Below are positions 13,976 to 26,161 of a DNA stretch of 64,000 nucleotides, piece after piece. How positions within the stretch are numbered: position 1 is the stretch's first letter; every line of letters starts with the position of its first letter. The stretch comes from Pristiophorus japonicus. Taxonomy: Eukaryota. The stretch lies in contig NC_091979.1 of assembly GCF_044704955.1 (NCBI RefSeq), positions 317,564,001 through 317,628,000 on the forward strand, in the 5' to 3' direction. The notes under the pieces were generated by a model that ran no database searches, was not told the DNA's origin, and saw only the letters and a program-made list of their open reading frames with translations. A program made the translations under genes and the position numbers.

Positions 13976-15384
13976 TTCCACGGAACTTTCCCAACCATTC
14001 CTCCCTAACCTTTCTCTAATAGCATTATGGCTACAGCTCGCAGTGTAAGGGCCATGTGTCACTCCACAATCAACAGCTGTTCAGTTTACTGCCTGTGTTA
14101 AAGGCTGGTCTGAATGTTCCTTACAGAGCTGGTACAGTTCACTATCACAAAGTATGGACTATGAGTGACACTTACTGTCAGCATTAGCGCAGATCAATGA
14201 CACAAATAAAATCGTAACTACAGTTTATTTTTATTGGTTATTTTAACACTCAGTCTCTGATATTACAGCAAATTAACATTTCTGCTGGGAAAAGCTATCT
14301 CTGCAACTATAAAGCTTTATTATTTTTTAACCATTTTAATCTATTACTTTATCATTTATCCATAAGTCACGCGGTAGAAATTAACCGCTTCCATTGAAGA
14401 GGCTGGAAATCAGGGAGCTGTGGGCGGCTCATTTCCCGGAGAGAGAGAACATAATCTTTATTCAGGCGTGATACCGACCATCCCGGACAAAGCGGGGAAA
14501 TCGGTGGGGACTGTACTCACAAATACTGAAGCAAAAGGCTGCTTCGAATAAAAATATTAACAGTATATATTAAATAAGGTAAGTCGGATGAGTATGCTGC
14601 CAAACTTGTTCATTGATCAGAGAGCATCACAGCATCTTTCAAACACTGGGGTAGAGTCTCTGCTAATTTGTGATAGTTTTATCAGCACAATCCAGTGAAA
14701 ACTGCTCAACCAGCGCAAAAGATCACGGGAACTCGAGCATGATTTACATCAAGTGTAAATCAAGTATTCCGTCATCTTTAACACTGGTTTAAAAATCTAC
14801 AAAACTGGCCCGGCCCACAGATAGAAATAACGAGGATGGCGAGTTTCCACCGATTGCACCCGTTCGAGGAAGGTTTTCAAATTAAACTAATTGCCTTAGG
14901 CACCAGGCACTAGTCGGCATGATTTAAAAGTTTTACATATTAAACATACTTTATTGACTTACAAACTGACTAGTGTATAACAATAAAACTAATAAATGGC
15001 TCAGTATAGTTTTCTTTTCAGACATTTCAGTTATCTTAAATCAGGTTTCCCACAGGTGAAAGGCTGGGCACTTCTATTAAAAATGCTTATTTTTTGTCAT
15101 AATCAAACTCCAAGGCCTTTTCAAAGCATTCAATAGCTTCGCACTTCTCCCCATCCAGCTGGTGTAGTAACCCAGGAACACCAAAGGCCTTGCTGTCTCT
15201 GGGATTCCTGTCAATTTGTTTTGATACAATCTTTCTCAAATTTTCGTGACACAATTGCCAACCTTTTGTGCCTTGTTCAATTGTAAGTCCTTCCAGAAAA
15301 TGGATGATAGCATTTGATTCAGATTCTTTCTAGTGCAGTTCAAAAAACCCAATCTGCAAAGACACTGCCTGCTGTTTATCAGGA

Positions 15385-16478
15385 CATAATAACATAAGAA
15401 CATAAGAAATAGGAGCAGGAGTAGGCCACCTGGCCCCATGAACCTGCTCCGCCATTTAATATTAAGGCTGATCTGATAATGGACTCAGCTCCACATCCCT
15501 GACCACTCCCCATAACTCCTTGTTCCCTTATCGCTCAAAAATCTGTCTATCTCCACCTTAAATATATTCAATGACCCAGCCTCCACAGTGCTCTGGGGCA
15601 GAGAATTCCATAGATTTACAACCCTCTGAGAGAAGAAATTCCTCCTCAACTCAGTTTTAAATGGGTGGCCCCTTATTCTGAGACTATGTGCCCTAGTTTT
15701 AGTTTCCCCTATGAGTGGAAATATCCTCGCTGCATCCACCTTGTCAAGCCCCCTAATTATCTTATATGTTTCGATAAGATACCTCTCATTCTTCTGAACT
15801 CCAATGAGTATTGGCCCAACTTACTCAACCTACCTCCATAAGTCAACCCCCTCAACTGCGGAATCAACCAAATGAACCTTCTCTGAACAGCCTCCAATGC
15901 AAGTATATCCTTCCTTAAATATGGAAGCCAAAATTGTACGCAGTACTCGATAGGTTGGCCTCACCAATATCCTGTACAGTTGTAGCAGGACTTTGCTGCT
16001 TTTATACTCTATCCCCCTTGCAATAAAGGCCAACATTCCATTTGCCTTCCTGATTACTTGCATACTAACTTTTTGTGTTTCATGCACAAGGACCCCCAGT
16101 TCCCTCTGTACAGCAGCACTTTGCAATTTTTTTTCATTTAAATTATAATTTGCTTTTCTATTTTTTCTGCCAAAGTGGATAACCTCACATTTTCCCACAT
16201 TATACTATATCTGCCAAATGTTTGCCTGTCTATATCGCTTTGCAGATTTTTTGTGTCCTCACTATTTGCTTTCCTGGCCATCTTTGTATCATCAGCAAAC
16301 TTGGCTACATTACACTCGGTCCCTTCATCCAAGTCGTTAATATAGATTGTAAATACTTGAGGCCGCAGCAACGATCCCTGCGGCACCCCACTCGTTATTG
16401 TTTGCCAACCAGAAAATGACCCATTTATCCCAACTCTCTGTTTTTGTTCGTCAGCCAATCCTCTATCCATGCCAACAT
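15385..16478 (-). mobile_element. CR1 LINE 3' portion (RT C-terminus, 3' UTR and microsatellite tail)
   Basis: QRVGINGSFSGW..TSGVPQGS, KFADDTK, 'FFSQRVVNLWNSLP'; tail reads (CATAAGAA)n on plus at about 15385-15410. Confidence 0.93.
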
Positions 16479-17890
16479 GCTAGTTGGATCCAAAATTGGT
16501 TCAGAGGTAAGAAGCAAAGGGTAATGGTTGATGGATGTTTTTGTGACTGGAAGGATGTTTCCAGTGGAGTCCGCAGGGCTCAGTACTGGGTCCCTTGCTT
16601 TTTGTGGTATACATCAATGATCTAGATTTGATTATAGGGAGTATGATTAAGAAGTTTGCAGATGACACTAAAATTGGCTGTGTGGTCGTTAATGAAGCAG
16701 AAAGTCATGGGCTGCAGGAGGATATCAATCTACTGGTCAGGTGAGCAGAGCAGTGGCAAATGGAATTTAATTTGGAGAAGTGTGAGGTAATGCACTTTGA
16801 GAGGGCTAATAAGGAAAGGATATACACATTAAGCGGTAGACCATGGAAAAGATGAATAAAGGGATCTTGGAGTGCTTGTCCACAGATCCCTGAAAGTAAG
16901 GTGGATAAGGTGGTGAAGAAGGCATACGGAATGGTTGCCTTTCTTGGCTGAGGCACATAATACAAGAGCAGGGAGGTTATGCTTAAAATGTATAATACTT
17001 TGGTTCGGCCACAGCTGGAGTACTGCGTGCAGTTCTGGTCGCCGTATTATAGGAAGGACGTGATTGCAATAGAGAGGGTGCAGAGGAGATTTGCTAGGAT
17101 GCTGCCTGGAATGGAGAAACTTAGCTATGCGGATAGATTGGATAGGCTGGGTTTGTTCTCATTGGAACAGAGGAGGTTGAGAGGAGACCTCATTGAGGTG
17201 TACAAACTTTTGAGGGGCCTGGATATAGTGGATAGCAAGGGCCTATTTCCCTTGGTGGTGGGTTCAATTATGAGGGGGCATAGTTTTAAGGTGGTTGGTG
17301 GAAGGTTCAGAGGGGATTTGAGGGGTGGCTTTTTCAAGCAGAGGGTTGTGGGGGTCTGGAACTTAGTGCCTGGAAGGGTGGTGGATGTAGAAACCCTCAA
17401 CGCATTTAAAAGGTGCTTGGATGTGCACTTAAAGTGCCGCAATCTGCAGGGTTACACGGACCTAAAGCTGGTAAGTGGGATTAGACTGGATAACCTGTTG
17501 GCAGGCACAGCTATGATGGTAAGTACTGCAGGGAATCGAATATATCCAGGGTGATCTCCTGGACGAGTTTCGATTACTTGGATGGGTTGGAGAGGAATGT
17601 TCCGAGATATTTTTTTCCCAATTGACCTGGGTTTTTCTCTGTTTTTTGCCTTTCCCAGGAGATCACATGGCTCCGGTTGGGGAGGAGTGTAGAATGTTTT
17701 GGTGCAAGGGGTGTCGCATTTGTGTGGGGCTGACTGGTTGGGCTGGGTGCTCTTTACCTTTCTGCCATTGTTCATTGATCATACGTTTATATGTAACTTT
17801 CAGGGCTGCTGACTGAGGGCCGTATGTTTCTTTGTCGGCCGGTGTGGACACGATGGGCCGAAATGGCCTCCTTCTGCGTTGTAGATTTGC
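16479..17890 (+). mobile_element. CR1 LINE 3' portion, different subfamily from its neighbour
   Basis: WIQNWFRGKKQRVMVDG, KFADDTK, LVRPQLEYCVQFWSP, RRLRGDLIEVYK; 3' end 'gggccgaaatggcctccttctgcgttgtag'. Confidence 0.92.
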
Positions 17891-19189
17891 AATTGTGCAA
17901 AAATAAATGATGGCTTCTGCTCAAATGCCTTTTCAAAATAGTACTTGCATTGATTGATCAACTCAGCTTTCTGTTGAAAAGCAGGATTGCGAGGGGCTTT
18001 GCTGCCTGGATATTTGATCAGTTGAAATATTTTTTTTCTGTAACACTGACCTATTTGGTGGTGTATGAAGGTAGAGTTTGGGGTAATTTTTAATGCTTTC
18101 TTCAACAGCTCCACAGCTTTTTCCACATCTCCTCTTCTGTAAAATTTTGCTGCATAACGAGTTACATATGGAAGATCAGGGGACTTCTGCAATGCTTGTT
18201 CAACTAATTCGTGTTCTTCCACCTTTTGATTGAACTCTTGTAGTTTTAGAGCCAACAGCACCATGGCTACAGAGTCATCTGGATCAAGTCCCCACACGTC
18301 GCAACTGCTTCACTGATTGGCTGCGGTCACCACTCTCTGGGGTACGAGAAAACGTGTCCACACGAAACATAACAGTCGCATAGCCAACGTTCCATTCAGT
18401 GTCATCAGGATCTTCCTCCAGAGTCTTCTCAAAACATTCCTTTGCCTCTTCATAGTATTGACTAGGAGAATTCAACAGTGACCAACCCTTCTCCCCGTAT
18501 ACTTCAGGTCTCAGTGCTGTATACCGAGAGCCATCGGTAAATTGTTTACAGATCATCTCCAGCTTGTCGAGGTAGGACTGGGCCTCTGTCAGTTGGCCCA
18601 TGTGATAATATACCCAGGCATAGTTTCCATAGGTGATGATGCTTCTTCTTTCAAATTCATGTTCCTGATTCTCCCTCAGAATCTTTTCAGCTTCCTTTAA
18701 GTTTTGAATTGCCCCTTTGAATTGCCTTGCAGACAGTTTACAAATGCGAGGTGGTTGTCAGACCTGGCCTGATAATTCACACCAGCCAGTATTAAATCTT
18801 GTAATCTATACTTCATGTCGTCCAAGTCAATGCTGTCTCTCTGTGGGCCCCACGTGAAGTGACATTGAAGCTGGCTGAGTTTTGCTTTCAAGCAATCATT
18901 CAGTGTGTTGCTGTAGGAGAACAAAATAATCAAAGCCCATCTTATGTGTATCTAACTTACATTTTTAGCTCATATATAATCAACATAGCAATGCTGGTAA
19001 AGTCAGAATAGCAGAACAGATGAGCAGCTCAGTGCACATGGGCCCGGAACACTTCCCTACAGCCTCACTGCCTGGCATCCCTCAGTTCGGGGGAAACCCA
19101 TTGGAATCCTGTAATGGTCCCGGAGGCAATAACAAATGAACAATTGGCTCATGAGTGTCAGCAGAAATCCACGATCATCCATTAGTCTG

Positions 19190-19555
19190 ATCATAGGTAG
19201 GAACATAGGAACATGTTCCACCATTCAATTTATCATGGCTGAACTGTATCACAACTTCATCTACCCACCCTGGTTCTGTAACCCTTAATACCCTTGCCTA
19301 ACAAAATTCTATCATCTCAGTTTTGACATTTTTAATTGGCCTAACCTCGACAGCTTATTAGGGGAGAGAGTTCCAGATTTCCACTACCCTTTGTGTGAAG
19401 AAGAGCTGTCTGACATCACCCCTGAATGGCTGAGCTCAAATTTCACTTTCATGCCCCCTTGTTCTGGCCTCCCCCACCAGAGGAAATCGTTTCTCTCGAT
19501 CGACCCGGTCAAATCCTTTAATCATATAAACATCTCAATTAGATCATCCCTTAAC
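19190..19555 (-). mobile_element. CR1 3' fragment
   Basis: Tail-like 'cataggtaggaacataggaacat' and similarity to the 3' ends of the other minus-strand CR1 copies in the window. Confidence 0.6.
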
Positions 19556-19958
19556 ACTGGGGAAAGCGGGCTCGGGGAATGGGAGACTGGGGAATGGGGG
19601 CTCGGGGATAGAGAGACTGGGGAATGTGGGCTCGGGGAGAGGGAGACTGGGGAATGGGGGCTCGGGGAGAGGGTGACTGGGAAATGGGGACTCGGGGAGA
19701 GGGAAACTGGGGAATGGGGGCGCGGGGAGAGGGAGACTGGGGAATGGGGGCTCGGGGAGAGGGAGACTGGGGAATGGGAGCTCGGGGAGAGGGAGACTGG
19801 GGAATGGGGGCTCGGGGAGAGGGAGACTGGGAAATGGGGGCTCGGGGAGAGGGAGACTGGGGAATGGGGGCTCGGGGAGAACGAGACTGGGGAATGGGGG
19901 CTCGGGGAGAGGGAGACTGGGGAATGGGGCCTCGGGGAGATGGAGACTGGGGAATGGG
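19556..19958 (+). repeat. 30-bp G-rich minisatellite (GGGAGACTGGGGAATGGGGGCTCGGGGAGA)n
   Basis: Repeat read directly; 10-aa periodicity (GERETGEWGL). Confidence 0.95.
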
Positions 19959-20321
19959 TCAGGGGGGATCATGGTGAGGCCAGGCGGGAGGTAGAAGAGG
20001 CCAGGTTGAGTGTAATTTATTCTGTGGTGGCCTGGAGGAGCTGGACTGATCCCTGGGCTCCAGACAAGGTCACTGGGCCTCTCCAGCCCTGGCCTTCTCT
20101 CACACACCACAGCAACTCCCTTCAGCCCCCTCCCAGCAGATCCCTTCAGCCCCCTTCCAGCAGATCCCTTCAGTCCCCTCGCAGCAGATCCCTTGAACCC
20201 CTCAGCAGATCGAGCTGCCGGGGGTGGGCAGAGCTTTCGGGGGGTTGGGAGTCGGGAAGTTGGGTTTGGAGGGTGGTGGGAGAACTCGGGACCGGGAGAG
20301 GCGGGGATTATCTTTAACCTA

Positions 20322-20363
20322 CCCGGCAACTGATGATGCAACTCGCAGTATTTGTCTGATTGG
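20322..20363 (+). promoter_or_regulatory. MHC X-Y promoter module (X1/X2 and Y boxes of the SXY enhanceosome)
   Basis: X1-like CCCGGCAACTGATG (20322-20335; compare HLA-DRA CCTAGCAACAGATG), overlapping X2/CRE-like TGATGCAA, then Y box CTGATTGG (20356-20363) 20 nt after X1, the conserved spacing. A second CCAAT box (CCAATCAG) lies at 20487-20494. Orientation matches the downstream MHC-I gene. Confidence 0.75.
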
Positions 20364-20547
20364 ATAGTTCAATGTTTGGAAAGTTTATTTCGGCACCAAC
20401 ACAAACTCTCCCCGTGTCTTTTCTACCCGGAGCCTGCTGACTCACAGCCTGTTTTTATTGTAATTGGAGACAAATATACCCTCGAACCAATCAGTCCGGA
20501 GGAGTCTGAGTGTAAAACACTCTGCACTGGGCAAAGCGCACGAACAG

Positions 20548-23500
20548 ATAGCACAGAGAGACAGTCCCAGAGACACAGTATCAGCACAGGGCACCGAGAC
20601 AGTCCCAGAGACACAGTATCAGCACAGGGCACAGAGAGACAGTCCCAGAGACACAGTATCAGCACAGGGCACAGAGAGACAGTCCCAGAGACACAGTATC
20701 AGCACAGGGCACAGAGAGACAGTCCCAGAGACACAGTATCAGCACAGGGCACAGAGAGACAGTCCCAGAGACACAGTATCAGCACAGGGCACAGAGAGAC
20801 AGTCCCAGAGACACAGTATCAGCACAGGGCACAGAGAGACAGTCCCAGAGACACAGTATCAGCACAGGGCACAGAGAGACAGTCCCAGAGACACAGTATC
20901 AGCACAGGGCACCGAGAGACAGTCCCGGAGACACAGTATCAGCACAGGGCACAGAGAGACAGTCCCAGAGACACAGTATCAGCACAGGGCACAGAGAGAC
21001 AGTCCCAGAGACACAGTATCAGCACAGGGCACCGAGAGACAGTCCCAGAGACACAGTATCAGCACAGGGCACAGAGAGACAGTCCCAGAGACACAGTATC
21101 AGCATAGGGCACAGCGAGCCAGTCCAGAGACACAGTATCAGCACAGGGCACAGAGAGACAGTCCCAGAGACACAGTATCAGCACAGGGCACAGAGACAGT
21201 CCCAGAGACACAGTATCAGCACAGGGCACAGAGAGACAGTCCCAGAGACACAGTATCAGCACAGGGCACAGAGAGACAGTCCCAGAGACACAGTATCAGC
21301 ACAGGGCACAGAGAGACAGTCCCAGAGACACAGTATCAGCACAGGGCACAGAGAGACAGTCCCAGAGACACAGTATCAGCACAGGGCACAGAGAGACAGT
21401 CCCAGAGACACAGTATCAGCACAGGGCACCGAGAGACAGTCCCGGAGACACAGTATCAGCACAGGGCACAGAGAGACAGTCCCAGAGACACAGTATCAGC
21501 ACAGGGCACAGAGAGACAGTCCCAGAGACACAGTATCAGCACAGGGCACCGAGAGACAGTCCCAGAGACACAGTATCAGCACAGGGCACAGAGAGACAGT
21601 CCCAGAGACACAGTATCAGCACAGGGCACAGAGAGACAGTCCCAGAGACACAGTATCAGCACAGGGCACAGAGAGACAGTCCCAGAGACACAGTATCAGC
21701 ACAGGGCACAGAGAGACAGTCCCAGAGACACAGTATCAGCACAGGGCACAGAGAGACAGTCCCAGAGACACAGTATCAGCACAGGGCACAGAGAGACAGT
21801 CCCAGAGACACAGTATCAGCACAGGGCACCGAGAGACAGTCCCGGAGACACAGTATCAGCACAGGGCACAGAGAGACAGTCCCGGAGACACAGTATCAGC
21901 ACAGGGCACAGAGAGACAGTCCCAGAGACACAGTATCAGCACAGGGCACCGAGAGACAGTCCCAGAGACACAGTATCAGCACAGGGCACAGAGAGACAGT
22001 CCCAGAGACACAGTATCAGCATAGGGCACAGCGAGCCAGTCCCAGAGACACAGTATCAGCACAGGGCACAGAGAGACAGTCCCAGAGACACAGTATCAGC
22101 ACAGGGCACAGAGACAGTCCCAGAGACACAGTATCAGCACAGGGCACAGAGAGACAGTCCCAGAGACACAGTATCAGCACAGGGCACAGAGAGACAGTCC
22201 CAGAGACACAGTATCAGCACAGGGCACAGAGAGACAGTCCCAGAGACACAGTATCAGCACAGGGCACAGAGAGACAGTCCCAGAGACACAGTATCAGCAC
22301 AGGGCACAGAGAGACAGTCCCAGAGACACAGTATCAGCACAGGGCACCGAGAGACAGTCCCGGAGACACAGTATCAGCACAGGGCACAGAGAGACAGTCC
22401 CAGAGACACAGTATCAGCACAGGGCACAGAGAGACAGTCCCAGAGACACAGTATCAGCACAGGGCACCGAGAGACAGTCCCAGAGACACAGTATCAGCAC
22501 AGGGCACAGAGAGACAGTCCCAGAGACACAGTATCAGCACAGGGCACAGAGAGACAGTCCCAGAGACACAGTATCAGCACAGGGCACAGAGAGACAGTCC
22601 CAGAGACACAGTATCAGCACAGGGCACAGAGAGACAGTCCCAGAGACACAGTATCAGCACAGGGCACAGAGAGACAGTCCCAGAGACACAGTATCAGCAC
22701 AGGGCACCGAGAGACAGTCCCGGAGACACAGTATCAGCACAGGGCACAGAGAGACAGTCCCAGAGACACAGTATCAGCACAGGGCACCGAGAGACAGTCC
22801 CGGAGACACAGTATCAGCACAGGGCACAGAGAGACAGTCCCAGAGAGAGAGTATCAGCACAGGGCACAGAGACAGTCTCAGAGACACAATATCAGCACAG
22901 GGCACAGAGAGACAGTCCCAGAGACACAGTATCAGCACAGGGCACAGAGAGACAGTCCCAGAGACACAGTATCAGCACAGAGCACAGAGAGACAGTCCCA
23001 GAGACACAGTATCAGCACAGGGCACAGAGAGACATTCCCAGAGACACAGTATCAGCACAGGGCACAGAGACAGTCCCAGGGACATAGTATCAGCACAGGG
23101 CACAGAGAGACAGTCCCAGAGACATAGTATCAGCACAGGGCACAGAGAGACAGTCCCGGAGACACAGTATCAGCACAGGCACAGAGAGTCAGTCCCAGAG
23201 ACACAGTATCAGCATAGGGCACAGTGAGACAGTCCCGGAGACACAGTATCAGCATAGGGCACAGAGAGACAGTCCCAGAGACACAGTATCAGCACAGGGC
23301 ACAGAGAGACAGTCCCGGAGACACAGTACCAGCACAGGGCACAGAGACAGTCCCAGAGACACAGTATCGACACAGGGCACAGAGAGACAATCCCAGAGAC
23401 ACAGTATCAGCACAGGGCATAGAGACAGTCCCAGAGACACAGTATCAGCACAGGGCACAGAGAGACAGTCCCAGAGACAGAGTATCAGCACAGGGCACAG

Positions 23501-26064
23501 AGACAGTCCCAGAGACACAATATCAGCACAGGGCACAGAGAGACAGTCCCAGAGACACAGTATCAGCACAGGGCACAGAGAGACAGTCCCAGAGACACAG
23601 TATCAGCACAGGGCACCGAGAGACAGTCCCAGAGACACAGTATCAGCACAGGGCACAGAGAGACAGTCCCAGAGACACAGTATCAGCACAGGGCACAGAG
23701 AGACAGTCCCAGAGACACAGTATCAGCACAGGGCACAGAGAGACAGTCCCAGAGACACAGTATCAGCACAGGGCACAGAGAGACAGTCCCAGAGACACAG
23801 TATCAGCACAGGGCACAGAGAGACAGTCCCAGAGACACAGTATCAGCACAGGGCACCGAGAGACAGTCCCGGAGACACAGTATCAGCACAGGGCACAGAG
23901 AGACAGTCCCAGAGACACAGTATCAGCACAGGGCACCGAGAGACAGTCCCGGAGACACAGTATCAGCACAGGGCACAGAGAGACAGTCCCAGAGAGAGAG
24001 TATCAGCACAGGGCACAGAGACAGTCTCAGAGACACAATATCAGCACAGGGCACAGAGAGACAGTCCCAGAGACACAGTATCAGCACAGGGCACAGAGAG
24101 ACAGTCCCAGAGACACAGTATCAGCACAGAGCACAGAGAGACAGTCCCAGAGACACAGTATCAGCACAGGGCACAGAGAGACATTCCCAGAGACACAGTA
24201 TCAGCACAGGGCACAGAGACAGTCCCAGGGACATAGTATCAGCACAGGGCACAGAGAGACAGTCCCAGAGACATAGTATCAGCACAGGGCACAGAGAGAC
24301 AGTCCCGGAGACACAGTATCAGCACAGGCACAGAGAGTCAGTCCCAGAGACACAGTATCAGCATAGGGCACAGTGAGACAGTCCCGGAGACACAGTATCA
24401 GCATAGGGCACAGAGAGACAGTCCCAGAGACACAGTATCAGCACAGGGCACAGAGAGACAGTCCCGGAGACACAGTACCAGCACAGGGCACAGAGACAGT
24501 CCCAGAGACACAGTATCGACACAGGGCACAGAGAGACAATCCCAGAGACACAGTATCAGCACAGGGCATAGAGACAGTCCCAGAGACACAGTATCAGCAC
24601 AGGGCACAGAGAGACAGTCCCAGAGACAGAGTATCAGCACAGGGCACAGAGACAGTCCCAGAGACACAATATCAGCACAGGGCACAGAGACAGTCCCAGA
24701 GACACAGTATCAGCACAGGGCACAGAGACAGTCCCAGAGACACAGTATCAGCACAGGGCACAGAGACAGTCCCAGGGACATAGTATCAGCACAGGGCACA
24801 GAGAGACAGTCCCGGAGACACAGTATCAGCACAGGGCACAGAGAGACAGTCCCAGAGACACAGTATCAGCACAGGGCACAGAGAGACAGTCCCAGAGACA
24901 CAGTATCAGCACAGGGCACAGAGAGACAGTCCCAGAGACACAGTATCAGCACAGGGCACAGAGACAGTCCCAGGGACATAGTATCAGCACAGGGCACAGA
25001 GAGACAGTCCCGGAGACACAGTATCAGCACAGGCACAGAGAGTCAGTCCCAGAGACACAGTATCAGCATAGGGCACAGAGAGACAGTCCCGGAGACACAG
25101 TATCAGCATAGGGCACAGAGAGACAGTCCCAGAGACACAGTATCAGCACAGGGCACAGAGAGACAATCCGGAGACACAGTATCAGCACAGGCACAGAGAT
25201 TCAGTCCCAGAGACACAGTATCAGCACTGGGCACAGAGAGACAGTCCCAGAGACACAGTATCAGCACAGGGCACAGAGACAGTCCCAGAGACACAGTATC
25301 AGCACAGGGCACAGAGAGACAGTCCCAGAGACACAGTATCAGCACAGGGCACAGAGAGACAGTCCCAGAGACACTGTATCAGCACAGGGCACAGAGACAG
25401 TCCCAGAGACACAATATCAGCACAGGGCACAGAGAGACAATCCCAGAGACACAGTATCAGCACAGGGCACAGAGAGACAGTCTCAGAGACACAGTATCAG
25501 CACAGTGCACAGAGAGACAGTCCCAGAGACACAATATCAGCACAGGGCACAGAGAGACAGTCCCAGAGACACAGTATCAGCACAGGGCACAGAGACAGTC
25601 CCAGGGACATAGTATCAGCACAGGGCACAGAGAGACAGTCCCGGAGACACAGTATCAGCACAGGCACAGAGATTCAGTCCCAGAGACACAGTATCAGCAT
25701 AGGGCACAGAGAGACAGTCCCGGAGACACAGTACCAGCACAGGGCACAGAGACAGTCCCAGAGACACAGTATCGACACAGGGCACAGAGAGACAGTCCCA
25801 GAGACACAGTATCAGCACAGGGCATAGAGACAGTCCCAGGGACACAGTATCAGCACAGGGCACAGAGAGACAGTCCCAGGGACACAGTATCAGCACAGGG
25901 CACAGAGAGACAGTCCCAGAGACACAGTATCAGCACTGGGCACAGAGAGACAGTCCCAGAGACACAGTATCAGCACAGGGCACAGAGAGACAGTCCCAGA
26001 GACACAGTATCAGCACAGGGCACAGAGAGACAGTCCCAGAGACACAGTATCGGCACTGGGCACA
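20548..26064. repeat. 40-bp minisatellite (CAGTCCCAGAGACACAGTATCAGCACAGGGCACAGAGAGA)n, about 138 copies
   Basis: Repeat read directly, with 38- and 39-bp variant units; 40-aa periodicity in overlapping ORFs. Confidence 0.98.
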
Positions 26065-26161
26065 GGAATCACACGGTCTGAATTGGGCGCAGCTCACGGA
26101 CGGTCTCTCGGAAAAGGATTGCCTGCAAACTGCTCATCCCAGCCTGTCGAGGGAAGTAACA

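Larger units (their letters stand above)
15087..18910 (-). pseudogene. IFIT: IFIT-family (IFIT5/IFIT1-like) coding exon 2, pseudogenised by frameshifts and split by CR1 insertions
   Basis: Acceptor ttttgttctcctacag|C at 18911/18910. Translation: NTLNDCLKAKLSQLQCHFTW...ITYGNYAWVYYHMGQLTEAQSYLDKL...EVYGEKGWSLL...AKECFEKTLEEDPDD...YVTRYAAKFYRR...FIHHQIGQCYRKK...FIFAQL. C-terminus resumes at 15384-15087 (AIIHFLEGL...AFGVPGLLHQLDGEKCEAIECFEKALE). Frameshifts near 18712 and 18290, plus an in-frame stop in the C-terminal piece. Confidence 0.92.

Noticed and set aside
14440-14590. GAS-like TTCCCGGAG and a strong donor AAG|GTAAGT near 14578, a possible first exon
   Set aside because: Isolated short motifs with no linked ORF or homologous copy; chance occurrence is plausible.
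18911-19555. Searched for the ISRE and exon 1 of the minus-strand IFIT gene
   Set aside because: No reverse-complement ATGAG|GTCAGT or ISRE is present; apparently deleted, so not annotated.
20464-24783. Long ORFs (887 aa, 350 aa) in the 40-bp array
   Set aside because: They are translations of a stop-poor tandem repeat cycling through three frames, with no domain or coding signal.
20548-26064. CACAGTA/CACAGGG resembling RAG recombination-signal heptamers; array resembling a CRISPR
   Set aside because: No ACAAAAACC nonamer at 12/23 spacing and no V/J segments. No unique spacers or cas genes, and the DNA is eukaryotic.
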